Origin: Bdellovibrionota bacterium
GTDB taxonomy: Bacteria > Bdellovibrionota > UBA1018 > UBA923
Direction: 5' to 3'
Length of the DNA: 32,201 bases
Assembly: GCA_040754655.1 (NCBI GenBank)
Contig: JBFMCE010000044.1
Span: forward strand, 1-32,201
The notes beneath the pieces were generated by a model. It was not told where the DNA came from and did no database searches. It worked only from the letters and a program-made list of their open reading frames with translations. Each line of letters opens with the position of its first letter. Position 1 is the stretch's first letter. This document shows, piece by piece, positions 1-8,425 of the stretch. The translations under genes were made by a program, and so were the position numbers.

Positions 1-96
1 TTTCTCTCGTGATGAGCCTTTTCACGACTCACTCCGTTCGTTATACTTTTCAAACGGACCATCACGGATGGATGTCAGCACCTCGGGGGTTTTGCC

Positions 97-732
97 ATGT
101 ACCAGAAGTACCTTGATCCAGTCATCGACGCGTTCACTACAGGCGAGTACTACAGTGAAGTCTTTAAGGCTAAGCAAGAGTATTTCGAGAGAGCAGGGGT
201 TGTGTATGAAGACGATCCTGAATTCGAAAACCGCATGTGCACCTTCATGGATTGGTACGTCTTTGACCGCGAGTTGCCCGCAATCGATTTGCCTCCGATC
301 AAGTTTTACTTCAGGAAGAACAAAGACCAGTTCAGCTCAGAAGACTTGAACATCTATAAAGACTTTTGCGCCACCATTCACAGCATCTTCTACCTCCGGA
401 AGGTCAGTCGAGGGGTGATTTACGTGAAAGACCTTTTTTCCAAGAAGAACTACGAAGTGAAAGACGCTGAAATCAATCTCGGCTTTGTTCGCGGCGACAT
501 CTTTGAGGCTCGTTTGATTCCCTTCAAAGGCGGGTTTGAATTTTCACGCGGCTTTTGTTTTCATCCGATTGAGATGGAGAAATTCATCTTGGGTGAGATC
601 AAGAAAGTGCGTTATCAAGACAGATCGCGTCAGACAAAACTCATCCTTCAGCTGGCGGCGATGAAGCTAAAGCACATGCGTTATCAGCACATCAACATCA
701 AACACATTTATACTTTCGAACCCAAGTTTTGA
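97..732 (+). CDS. Hypothetical protein (211 aa)
   Basis: Long ATG ORF with GGGGG upstream and TATACT at 42-47; same strand as, and 53 bp before, speA; no family motif recognised. Confidence 0.8.
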   Translation: MYQKYLDPVIDAFTTGEYYSEVFKAKQEYFERAGVVYEDDPEFENRMCTFMDWYVFDRELPAIDLPPIKFYFRKNKDQFSSEDLNIYKDFCATIHSIFYLRKVSRGVIYVKDLFSKKNYEVKDAEINLGFVRGDIFEARLIPFKGGFEFSRGFCFHPIEMEKFILGEIKKVRYQDRSRQTKLILQLAAMKLKHMRYQHINIKHIYTFEPKF

Positions 733-785
733 GGGTTACATTTACGTTGCAACTGACATGAAAAGAAAGTAGGTGTGCGTTTACG

Positions 786-2708
786 ATGAACATGAAAGTC
801 TGGACTGTCGACGACTCCCTCAAAACTTACAATATTGAAAACTGGGGCCTGAACTACTTCGGCATCAATCAAAAAGGGAACATCGTGGTGAACTCAAAGC
901 AGGCGCCATCCCTTTCGATCGACATCAAAGAAGTCGTCGACGACATCGTCTCCAGAGGCATCAAGCTTCCGGTGTTGATTCGGTTCCAAGACATCTTGCG
1001 CAACAGGGTTGTGACTTTGAATGAGGCCTTCAAAAAGGCCATCGAAGAAAACAATTACAAGGGGCGCTACCAGGGCGTCTATCCCATCAAGGTGAACCAG
1101 CTACGAGAAGTCGTTGAAGAAATCCTAGATGCCGGCGCTCCATACCAATTTGGACTTGAGGCCGGGAGCAAGGCTGAGCTGGTCGCCAGCATCGCCATGA
1201 ACACCAATCCGGATTCGCTCATTCTCTGCAACGGCTATAAAGATTATTCAGTCATTAAAACCGCTCTTCTAGGCTTGAAGCTCGGTAAACGCGTCATCAT
1301 CGTCGTTGAAAAACTTACGGAGCTTTATCAGATCCTGAAAGTAGCCAAGGAATTCGGGGTTCGCCCTCTCATCGGCATCCGCAGCAAGCTCCACACGCGG
1401 GGCAGTGGGAAGTGGGAGTCGTCGGGCGGAGATTCCGCGAAGTTCGGGCTTACTACTCCAGAGATTTTGCAAGTGATCAAGACTTTGCGCGACGAAGGCA
1501 TGACCGACTGCCTGAAGCTTTTGCATTTCCATATCGGTTCGCAGATCACTGATATTCGCACCATCAAAGACGCCGTCAAAGAAGGCTCGCGGGTTTATTC
1601 GAAACTGAGAAAGATGGGGATTGATATCGAATACCTCGATGTCGGAGGTGGACTGGGCGTTGACTATGACGGAAGCCGCACTTCGTTTGACAGTTCGATC
1701 AATTACTCCTTGCATGAATACGTCAGTGACGTCGTTTATACGATTCAGGAAGTTTGCGCGGCCGAAGAAGTTCCTGAACCGAATATCGTAAGCGAGTCGG
1801 GCAGGGCTTTGGTTGCTCACCACTCCGTGCTTGTGATCAATGTGTTTGGCAGCATCGAAGTGGGGCGTACGCCGTACACGCTTGAAGAGAACCCCGAAGA
1901 GAGCACTGTCGTGCGTGAGATGAGAGAGATCCTCAAAAATATTACGCCCAAGAATTTGCTCGAAAGTTATCACGACGCTCTTCAGCGTAAAGAAGAAGCC
2001 TTCAGTATGTTTAAACTCGGTTTTCTTGATCTTGAAGAGAAGGCTAAGGTCGAAAACCTGTTTTGGAATATCTGCCTTGGTCTGGCAAAGCAGACCTCGG
2101 GTCTTAAGTATGTGCCTGAAGAATTGCAGAACATGAGCAAGCACTTGGCGGATCAATTCTTGTGCAACTTTTCTTTGTTTCAGAGCGCGCCCGACCATTG
2201 GGCGATCCAGCATCTTTTTCCCATCGTGCCCATCCATCGCTTGAACGAAGAGCCTGCAAGGCAATCAACGTTGGTCGATATTACCTGTGATTCTGACGGC
2301 AAGGTCGATAAATTCATTGATTTAAAGGATGTTCGCGACACCCTGCCGCTTCACGCGCTCAATGGCAAACCTTATTATATCGGAATGTTCTTGATGGGCG
2401 CTTATCAAGACATCATGGGCGACATCCACAATCTCTTTGGCCGCGTGAATGAAGTGCATGTATTTGAAGACGTCGAAGAGCCAGGCGGTTATTACATCGA
2501 AGAAACCATCCAAGGCCACACCGTTTCTAGCGTGCTCTCGACCATTCAATACAATCCTATTGAATTGGGCAAGATGGTGAAGATTGCCATCGACGCCCAA
2601 GTGAAATCGGGCGCTCTCAAGCCACGCGAAGGCGTTGATTTGCTCAACGACTACGAGCAGCGGTTGAACGAGTATACTTATATTGATCAAACGACCCCGG
2701 CATTGTGA
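786..2708 (+). CDS. speA: Biosynthetic arginine decarboxylase
   Basis: 640 aa with the PLP-lysine motif YPIKVNQ, plus GLEAGSK, LHFHIGSQI, SESGRA, DITCDSDG and GAYQDIMGDIHNLFG, all typical of SpeA. Confidence 0.97.
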   Translation: MNMKVWTVDDSLKTYNIENWGLNYFGINQKGNIVVNSKQAPSLSIDIKEVVDDIVSRGIKLPVLIRFQDILRNRVVTLNEAFKKAIEENNYKGRYQGVYPIKVNQLREVVEEILDAGAPYQFGLEAGSKAELVASIAMNTNPDSLILCNGYKDYSVIKTALLGLKLGKRVIIVVEKLTELYQILKVAKEFGVRPLIGIRSKLHTRGSGKWESSGGDSAKFGLTTPEILQVIKTLRDEGMTDCLKLLHFHIGSQITDIRTIKDAVKEGSRVYSKLRKMGIDIEYLDVGGGLGVDYDGSRTSFDSSINYSLHEYVSDVVYTIQEVCAAEEVPEPNIVSESGRALVAHHSVLVINVFGSIEVGRTPYTLEENPEESTVVREMREILKNITPKNLLESYHDALQRKEEAFSMFKLGFLDLEEKAKVENLFWNICLGLAKQTSGLKYVPEELQNMSKHLADQFLCNFSLFQSAPDHWAIQHLFPIVPIHRLNEEPARQSTLVDITCDSDGKVDKFIDLKDVRDTLPLHALNGKPYYIGMFLMGAYQDIMGDIHNLFGRVNEVHVFEDVEEPGGYYIEETIQGHTVSSVLSTIQYNPIELGKMVKIAIDAQVKSGALKPREGVDLLNDYEQRLNEYTYIDQTTPAL

Positions 2709-2733
2709 CCTCTAGCGGTATGGCAAGGGTCAT

Positions 2734-3933
2734 TTATCCCTTCACGCAAACAATCTGTTTGAGTTCAGCGACCACTTCGACCAAGTCGTTCTGATTGGCC
2801 ATGACCTCGTCGATGTCTTTATAAGCGCCTGGAACTTCGTCTAGCACCCCGGTGTCTTTACGGCATTCGACGCCGGCCGTTTGGCTGCGCAGATCTTCAA
2901 CCGAAAACCGCCTTTTCGCCTCGCCACGGCTCATCCGGCGACCAGCTCCGTGGCTGCACGAGTGAAAGGCCTCGGGGTTTCCCAGGCCGCGTACAATATA
3001 ACTTCGGGTTCCCATCGAGCCCGGAACGATTCCAAGGTCACCAGCCTGAGCGCGCACTGCGCCCTTGCGAGTGACAAATACTTTTTCACCGAAATGCACT
3101 TCACGCGCGACGTAGTTGTGATGGCAATCAACGCGGGTCACCGTTAACGCTTCAGCTCCTCGGTCTTCTCCATAGACATGGTGAGAGAGGTCTTTCAAAA
3201 TTTTGAGCATCATCTCGTTGCGGTTGGCTTTCGCATAATCTTGCGCCCACATGAGATCATGCAGGTAGGACTGAAACTCTGGCGTGTTTTCAAGAAAGTA
3301 AGCCAAGTCTGGATCGGCCAAGTTCACAGACATCTCTTGCATCAGCCATTTCGCTTTTCGAATATGTTCTTCAGCCAGGCATTTTCCCACGTTGCGGCTT
3401 CCTGAGTGCAACATCAGCCAGGCGTTTGAATCTTTATCGACGCAAATTTCAATGAAATGATTCCCGCCACCCAGCGAGCCTAACTGATAAGCCGCATTCT
3501 TCACGGCCTTGGTTTTTTCGTCCAAGGCTACAGGCTTTCCAAGAGCTTTAAACGCTTTACCAGCGCGCGTAGAGACTTCTCGATTTCCTTCAGGTCCGGT
3601 CGGAATAGAGCGTTCAATCGAATTTCGAAGCCTTCGCAATCCTTGATCGCCACCCAGCGCGTCTGCAGTGAAGGGAAGTTTTACCGCGCACATCCCGCAA
3701 CCAATATCTACGCCCACCGCCGCCGGAACGATGGCGCCTTTGGTCGCAACGACTGAACCGATAGTGGCGCCTTTACCGAGGTGCACGTCTGGCATCGCAG
3801 CGACGTGTTTGAAAACAAAAGGCAGGTTTGCGGTGTTCAAAAGTTGTTTCGCGGCATCTTCTTCAAGGGAACTGAGCTCAGTCCAAATCTTGACGGGCAC
3901 GCGGGCTTTGTCGAGCACGGTTTTGATGGGCAT
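2734..3933 (-). CDS. rtcB: RtcB-family RNA ligase
   Basis: MPDVHLGKGATIG, PAAVGVDIGCG, GSLGGGNHFIE, LHSGSR, HHNY, SCSHGAGR, DEVPGAYKDI and a C-terminal VKG. Confidence 0.96.
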   Translation of the reverse strand: MPIKTVLDKARVPVKIWTELSSLEEDAAKQLLNTANLPFVFKHVAAMPDVHLGKGATIGSVVATKGAIVPAAVGVDIGCGMCAVKLPFTADALGGDQGLRRLRNSIERSIPTGPEGNREVSTRAGKAFKALGKPVALDEKTKAVKNAAYQLGSLGGGNHFIEICVDKDSNAWLMLHSGSRNVGKCLAEEHIRKAKWLMQEMSVNLADPDLAYFLENTPEFQSYLHDLMWAQDYAKANRNEMMLKILKDLSHHVYGEDRGAEALTVTRVDCHHNYVAREVHFGEKVFVTRKGAVRAQAGDLGIVPGSMGTRSYIVRGLGNPEAFHSCSHGAGRRMSRGEAKRRFSVEDLRSQTAGVECRKDTGVLDEVPGAYKDIDEVMANQNDLVEVVAELKQIVCVKG

Positions 3934-3992
3934 GGTTTATGGATAGCACAGGCGATTAGACAAGGTCTATGCGCCTTGGGAGAAGGTAATCT

Positions 3993-6281
3993 TTACGCCG
4001 CCTGGCCCTCAGTACTGCCTGAAAACTTTTCTTTAAACTTAGGATGTTCGCCCAAGAGCACCCAATTGGGCTTGAGCAAGTCTTGGCAAGTCTTCATGGT
4101 CGCTAAAAGCTCTTTGCTTGCGATTCCCGTGTAGACCTCATCTGTGGTGAAGGGCCCGTAAATATCGCCGTTTGAATCGACGTACCAAGCATTTCCCATG
4201 GTGGCGCCGTCATTTGAGGTCGTAGGAACGGCGATCGCTACTGACGGCTCTGAGAATTGAACCGCTCCCTCGGGTTGAGGGGGCGTGTCGCGATACTTCG
4301 TTTTCGAGAGATCGACAGGCTCTTCAACCGCAGTCACTTCTGTCGGCGTTGGCTCTGGCGTAAAGATATTAGGAGAGCCTGGCACTTCAACGTGAGAGGC
4401 CGGTTCCACGATTTCAGAAACGGCGGCAGTGATGGGCGTTGGCGCTTCTTCATGCACAACCTTGTCGCTCTTTTCTGCGGCATAAGAACTGTAAGGCGTT
4501 TCAACGATCACTTTATTGCCAGCTTCGTCGTAGAGCCCTAAGACTCTATAAATCTGAATCGCCTGGGCTTTGCCTTTGACCTTGGCGCTCTTGCAGGGTT
4601 CGACGATGAAACGATCCCTGACTTTTTCGTAGACGTTTTCAGAAATGAGAAAGTCGGTGCCGTATTCTTTTGTCATCGATTCAATGCGAGAGGCGAGGTT
4701 CACGGAGTCGCCGATCACCGTGTATTCCATTTTTTCGTTCGAGCCGATATTGCCAGCGATCACCTGTCCGGTGTTCAGCCCCATTCCTATGCGTAGAACG
4801 GGTTGACCACGCGAGAGACGAAGTTCATTCAATGCCGCAAGCTCTTCCCGCATCGCAAGGCAGGCGCGAACGGCGTTTTCGACGTCGTTAGGGCCTCCGA
4901 ACGGCACTCCCCAGAGCGCCATGATGGCATCACCCACGTATTTGTCGACCACGCCGCCGAAACTCCTGATGATAGCCACCATGCGAGTCATGTATTCATT
5001 GAGCATGACCACCACGTCTTCTGGTTGCATGCTCTCGCTCATCCCCGTGAAGCCTCGCACGTCACTGAAGAAGATCGTGGCTTCGCGACGTTCGCCCCCG
5101 AGTTTCACTTCGCCTGAAAGCAGTTTTTCGGCGATCTCTTTGTTGTGAAACTTATTGAAGGTTTCCTTCACTTTATCGCGTTCTTCCAATCCTCGCGCCA
5201 TCTCATTGAATGCCGTTGAAAGGTGGGCGATCTCGTCTTGGCCTTTTGGCTTCAAATTGACGTCGAAATCTCCCTCGGCGATTCTTCCCGCGGCGATGAC
5301 CAGTTGTTTGATGGGCCAAGTGATTGTTCCAGAATAAATATAACCTACGAAGAATGAAATGCATAAGATCGTAACCGCAAGCAGCATCGCGCGGTACTTC
5401 ACTCGAATGGTCGTTTCAAATGCCTTTGATTCGGGCACTTCAGCTACGACTCCAAGCCCAGCGAAACCCACTACTCGAAAGGCTCCTAGCCTGGGTTCGC
5501 CGTCGAAGTACCTCATTTGCTTGTTGTTGAATTTTCCGGCGAGCATTTCCTTCACGATCGCGAGATGCGCGACGCTCTCGCCAGCGCCTACCCGAGACGA
5601 GTCGGGATGAGCAAGCAGTTTTCCATTGCGATCGACCATGAAGCTCGTGATGATATCGCTTTCTCCAAAGGCTTTGACGAACTTGGACTGACGCACGATC
5701 GCAGTAAGGCTATGGCTGAAAGACTCAGGCGTAGATTGAATGAAGGGCAGGGCGATCGCGATAGCCGCAGTGCCGTCTGCAAGTTTAGTAGAGGCGATTT
5801 GCACTTCGCCCTTCGCTACCTGGCTCATCGAGAAATTTGGGTTCGAGGCGAGGGAATTGAACGCCTTCGAGACTTCTGATTCTGCGTTGTTTGATTTCAG
5901 TTCGGCGGAAACGGCTTTCTGCCAAATCGAGGAAGAGCCGTCTTGATTGTGTTTGTTTACGAAGAGGAAAAGAAAGTCTTTATCTTTGCTGAAAAATTCG
6001 TTGATGATTCTTTCTTTGGTCTCGACATGGGGAATTTCTTGGATGAGCACCGTGCCGAGGACGCGCATCTTGTCTGTAGTGCTCTCAAAAAGTTCGCGCG
6101 CTTGGTTGGCAAGGCTTTCGGCGGTGTCGGCGTTGACCTTTGAGATCAAGGCCATATTGTCTTCGGAAAACATCTGGGTTGAGATCCAAACAAGGCTCAC
6201 GATCGAGGTGATCAAAAGCGCCGCGATCAGCGAAACGAGTTTTGTACCAATCGTCAGACGGACTTTCGCCAGAAGTTTCAA
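3993..6281 (-). CDS. Membrane class III adenylate cyclase: TM, Cache-like periplasmic region, TM, HAMP, cyclase, Pro-rich linker, GYF_2-like domain
   Basis: TTG start with SD AAGGAGGAG; two hydrophobic helices; Cache-like MVDRNGKLLAHPD; HAMP PIKQL...GDF...DEIAHLSTAFNEM; cyclase FSDVRGFT, DKYVGDAIMA, EYTVIGDSVNLASRIE (Lys/Thr specificity residues point to ATP); tail WYVDSNGDIYGPFT. Confidence 0.93.
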   Translation of the reverse strand: MKLLAKVRLTIGTKLVSLIAALLITSIVSLVWISTQMFSEDNMALISKVNADTAESLANQARELFESTTDKMRVLGTVLIQEIPHVETKERIINEFFSKDKDFLFLFVNKHNQDGSSSIWQKAVSAELKSNNAESEVSKAFNSLASNPNFSMSQVAKGEVQIASTKLADGTAAIAIALPFIQSTPESFSHSLTAIVRQSKFVKAFGESDIITSFMVDRNGKLLAHPDSSRVGAGESVAHLAIVKEMLAGKFNNKQMRYFDGEPRLGAFRVVGFAGLGVVAEVPESKAFETTIRVKYRAMLLAVTILCISFFVGYIYSGTITWPIKQLVIAAGRIAEGDFDVNLKPKGQDEIAHLSTAFNEMARGLEERDKVKETFNKFHNKEIAEKLLSGEVKLGGERREATIFFSDVRGFTGMSESMQPEDVVVMLNEYMTRMVAIIRSFGGVVDKYVGDAIMALWGVPFGGPNDVENAVRACLAMREELAALNELRLSRGQPVLRIGMGLNTGQVIAGNIGSNEKMEYTVIGDSVNLASRIESMTKEYGTDFLISENVYEKVRDRFIVEPCKSAKVKGKAQAIQIYRVLGLYDEAGNKVIVETPYSSYAAEKSDKVVHEEAPTPITAAVSEIVEPASHVEVPGSPNIFTPEPTPTEVTAVEEPVDLSKTKYRDTPPQPEGAVQFSEPSVAIAVPTTSNDGATMGNAWYVDSNGDIYGPFTTDEVYTGIASKELLATMKTCQDLLKPNWVLLGEHPKFKEKFSGSTEGQAA

Positions 6282-6442
6282 AAGACACTCCTCCTTACCT
6301 AGAGTTTTCGGAAGGTGAAGCTCTCTGGCTAAAGTAGATTTTTACTTGTCTTGGCGATGACATCGGCAGCTATTTCCGTCGCACGATGCGCACTAAAAAT
6401 TTCTCGAAGCTGTTTCTGTTATAGGCCGAAAAGCCTTTCGAG

Positions 6443-8425
6443 ATGGAAGAGAGTACAGCCACGCGCTGGGATTATAAATTCGTTGTAGTTTCATTGGTTT
6501 GCGCAATTGGAGCCGTGGCGGGTTCTTACATGCTCTGGCGCGACTTCAACGAAAGCGGCGCCACTGGGCAAGGCGCGCCTATGGGCAAAGTTGAGCATCG
6601 CGAATCGAAAGTGCGCAGAAAAACCAAGTCGAGCTATATCTGGTCGAATGTGCAGATCAATGAATCACTTTATAGAAAAGATTCGATCCAGACAGCTGAG
6701 GGCAGCGCCGCCGCGATTCGTTTGAAAGACGGCACTCTCTTGGAAATGGGCGAGAACAGCCTCGTCGTTCTTGATGAGGTTGGCGACCTGTCGCTAAATT
6801 TCTTGCGCGGTCAAATGGTTTTGCGCAAGACGACGGGTGATACGCGGGTGAGCGTGGGGCGAGATGGCCAAGCCAAGATCGAAGAACTTCCGATCAGGCT
6901 CGTGAAACCACGGCCGCTTGGGCGAATCTTCACGAGTTCTCTTAAGCCTATGGATGTTCGGTTCGAATGGGAATTGCGCGATCGCGATTCTTCCGTCGCC
7001 ACGCAATCGTACCGGGTCGAGGTTTCAACCGAACCAGAGTTTAGGCCTGGCGCCATCAAACAGCTCGAAAGCGTAGCTTCTGACGCTCGATCGGCCTCTG
7101 TGAAACTGCCGCCAGGACGGTATTACTGGCGAGTCGTTTCAAATGGCCATTCTCTGACAGAAACAGGGCAATTTAAAATCGTATCGATCGAACCGATCAA
7201 GACAGCTTGGCCTAATGCTGGTCAAAAGGCATTGAGCATCGGATCAGAGCGATCGCTTCAGTTTCGTTGGGCTTCCGTCTCCCAGTCTGAGAATGACGAG
7301 ACTATTGAACACTTCATTGAAGTTTCTCGCGATGCTCAATTCTCGGATCTTGTGAGGAATGAAAAAATCGCGGCTGCCGCCGGTGCTGCCAACATCAAAG
7401 GACTCGATCCCGGAAAATATTATTGGCGCGTCAGGACAGGCGCCGGAGACGCAGGCGTCTTTTCTCGACCGCAGGCCTTCGTCGTTGAACAAGCGCAGTC
7501 GATCGATCTGGCTTTGAGTGCGCCGTTGAATGAACAAGCGCTCGCGCGCGGCAAACCCGTGCGTTTTAACTGGAGCTCAAGCGCCTTGGATGCCGAGTAC
7601 CAATGGGATTTTGAAACGCTGCAAGGAAAATCGGTTTTCTCAAGGAGATTGCGCTCTTCATCGATCGAGTGGAAAAATCCAAATCCAGGGTTCTTTCGTT
7701 GGAAAGTCAGCGCATTCACGGCCTCTCAGAAGATTGCTGAGACTCAGTGGCGCACACTCTCAGTCTTTGAGGGCGATCCGATCGATCTGGGCTTCCCTTC
7801 GCGCGGCCAAAAAATCAATTATTGGGAAAAGCCCGCTGAATTTGAATTCGAATGGAGCGATGACGAACTTTTGTCGTCAAAGTCGCATGCATACGTCGTT
7901 GAGCTTGCGCGAGATATTGACTTTAAAGAGATCTCTTCAAGCGTTCGAACTTCTGCGAACAGGGTGTCTCATCGCGAGCTTCAGTTCACCCCTGGTTCTT
8001 ATTTCTGGCGCGTGCGGATAGTCGATGCAGAAAACCGCACGGTTAAAGCAAGCGAGGTCGGGTCATTTGACTACGGACCTTTCCCCACGCTTCGAGCGCC
8101 CGCTTCGGCGCAACCAGACTCTGGCACCGTCTTTAATCTGCTTGAACAAGAAACAGAACCGACACTCACATGGGCGGCCGTAGAGGGTGCTCTGGGATAC
8201 GAAGTAACGCTCACAAAAGCCAGAGAACAAACAGCAGTTCTCAAGAAAGTAACTCAAGAGACCACTCTTTCACTGAAATCGCTCGAGCCTGGCCATTATG
8301 CGTGGACGGTGCGCACCATCGATCGCGTCCAACGCAGAGGCGAGCCCATGATCGTGCACAGTCTTGTGATCACTCATGGTGATCCTTTGCCTGCTCCTGA
8401 AGCCTTAAGTCCGGAGGTGCAATAG
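6443..8425 (+). CDS. FecR-domain membrane protein with about five fibronectin-III-like repeats
   Basis: N-terminal TM helix; FecR-like LYRKDSIQTAEGSAAAIRLKDGTLLEMGENSLVVL; repeats ending GRYYWRV, GKYYWRV, GFFRWKV, GSYFWRV, GHYAWTV. Confidence 0.85.
   Translation: MEESTATRWDYKFVVVSLVCAIGAVAGSYMLWRDFNESGATGQGAPMGKVEHRESKVRRKTKSSYIWSNVQINESLYRKDSIQTAEGSAAAIRLKDGTLLEMGENSLVVLDEVGDLSLNFLRGQMVLRKTTGDTRVSVGRDGQAKIEELPIRLVKPRPLGRIFTSSLKPMDVRFEWELRDRDSSVATQSYRVEVSTEPEFRPGAIKQLESVASDARSASVKLPPGRYYWRVVSNGHSLTETGQFKIVSIEPIKTAWPNAGQKALSIGSERSLQFRWASVSQSENDETIEHFIEVSRDAQFSDLVRNEKIAAAAGAANIKGLDPGKYYWRVRTGAGDAGVFSRPQAFVVEQAQSIDLALSAPLNEQALARGKPVRFNWSSSALDAEYQWDFETLQGKSVFSRRLRSSSIEWKNPNPGFFRWKVSAFTASQKIAETQWRTLSVFEGDPIDLGFPSRGQKINYWEKPAEFEFEWSDDELLSSKSHAYVVELARDIDFKEISSSVRTSANRVSHRELQFTPGSYFWRVRIVDAENRTVKASEVGSFDYGPFPTLRAPASAQPDSGTVFNLLEQETEPTLTWAAVEGALGYEVTLTKAREQTAVLKKVTQETTLSLKSLEPGHYAWTVRTIDRVQRRGEPMIVHSLVITHGDPLPAPEALSPEVQ

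Noticed and set aside
1269..2264. 331-aa antisense ORF, and similar shadow ORFs such as 11129..11884 (+) and 25232..25768 (-)
   Set aside because: They lie wholly or almost wholly opposite well-supported genes and have no motifs; expected from codon bias.
6282..6442. CRP box, sigma54 or sigma28 promoters in the cyclase/FecR spacer
   Set aside because: Sigma28 -10-like boxes exist (GCCGAAAA, GCCGATGT, TCCGAAAA), but none has a TAAA-like -35 at the right spacing; no TGTGA-N6-TCACA or correctly spaced sigma54 box was seen.
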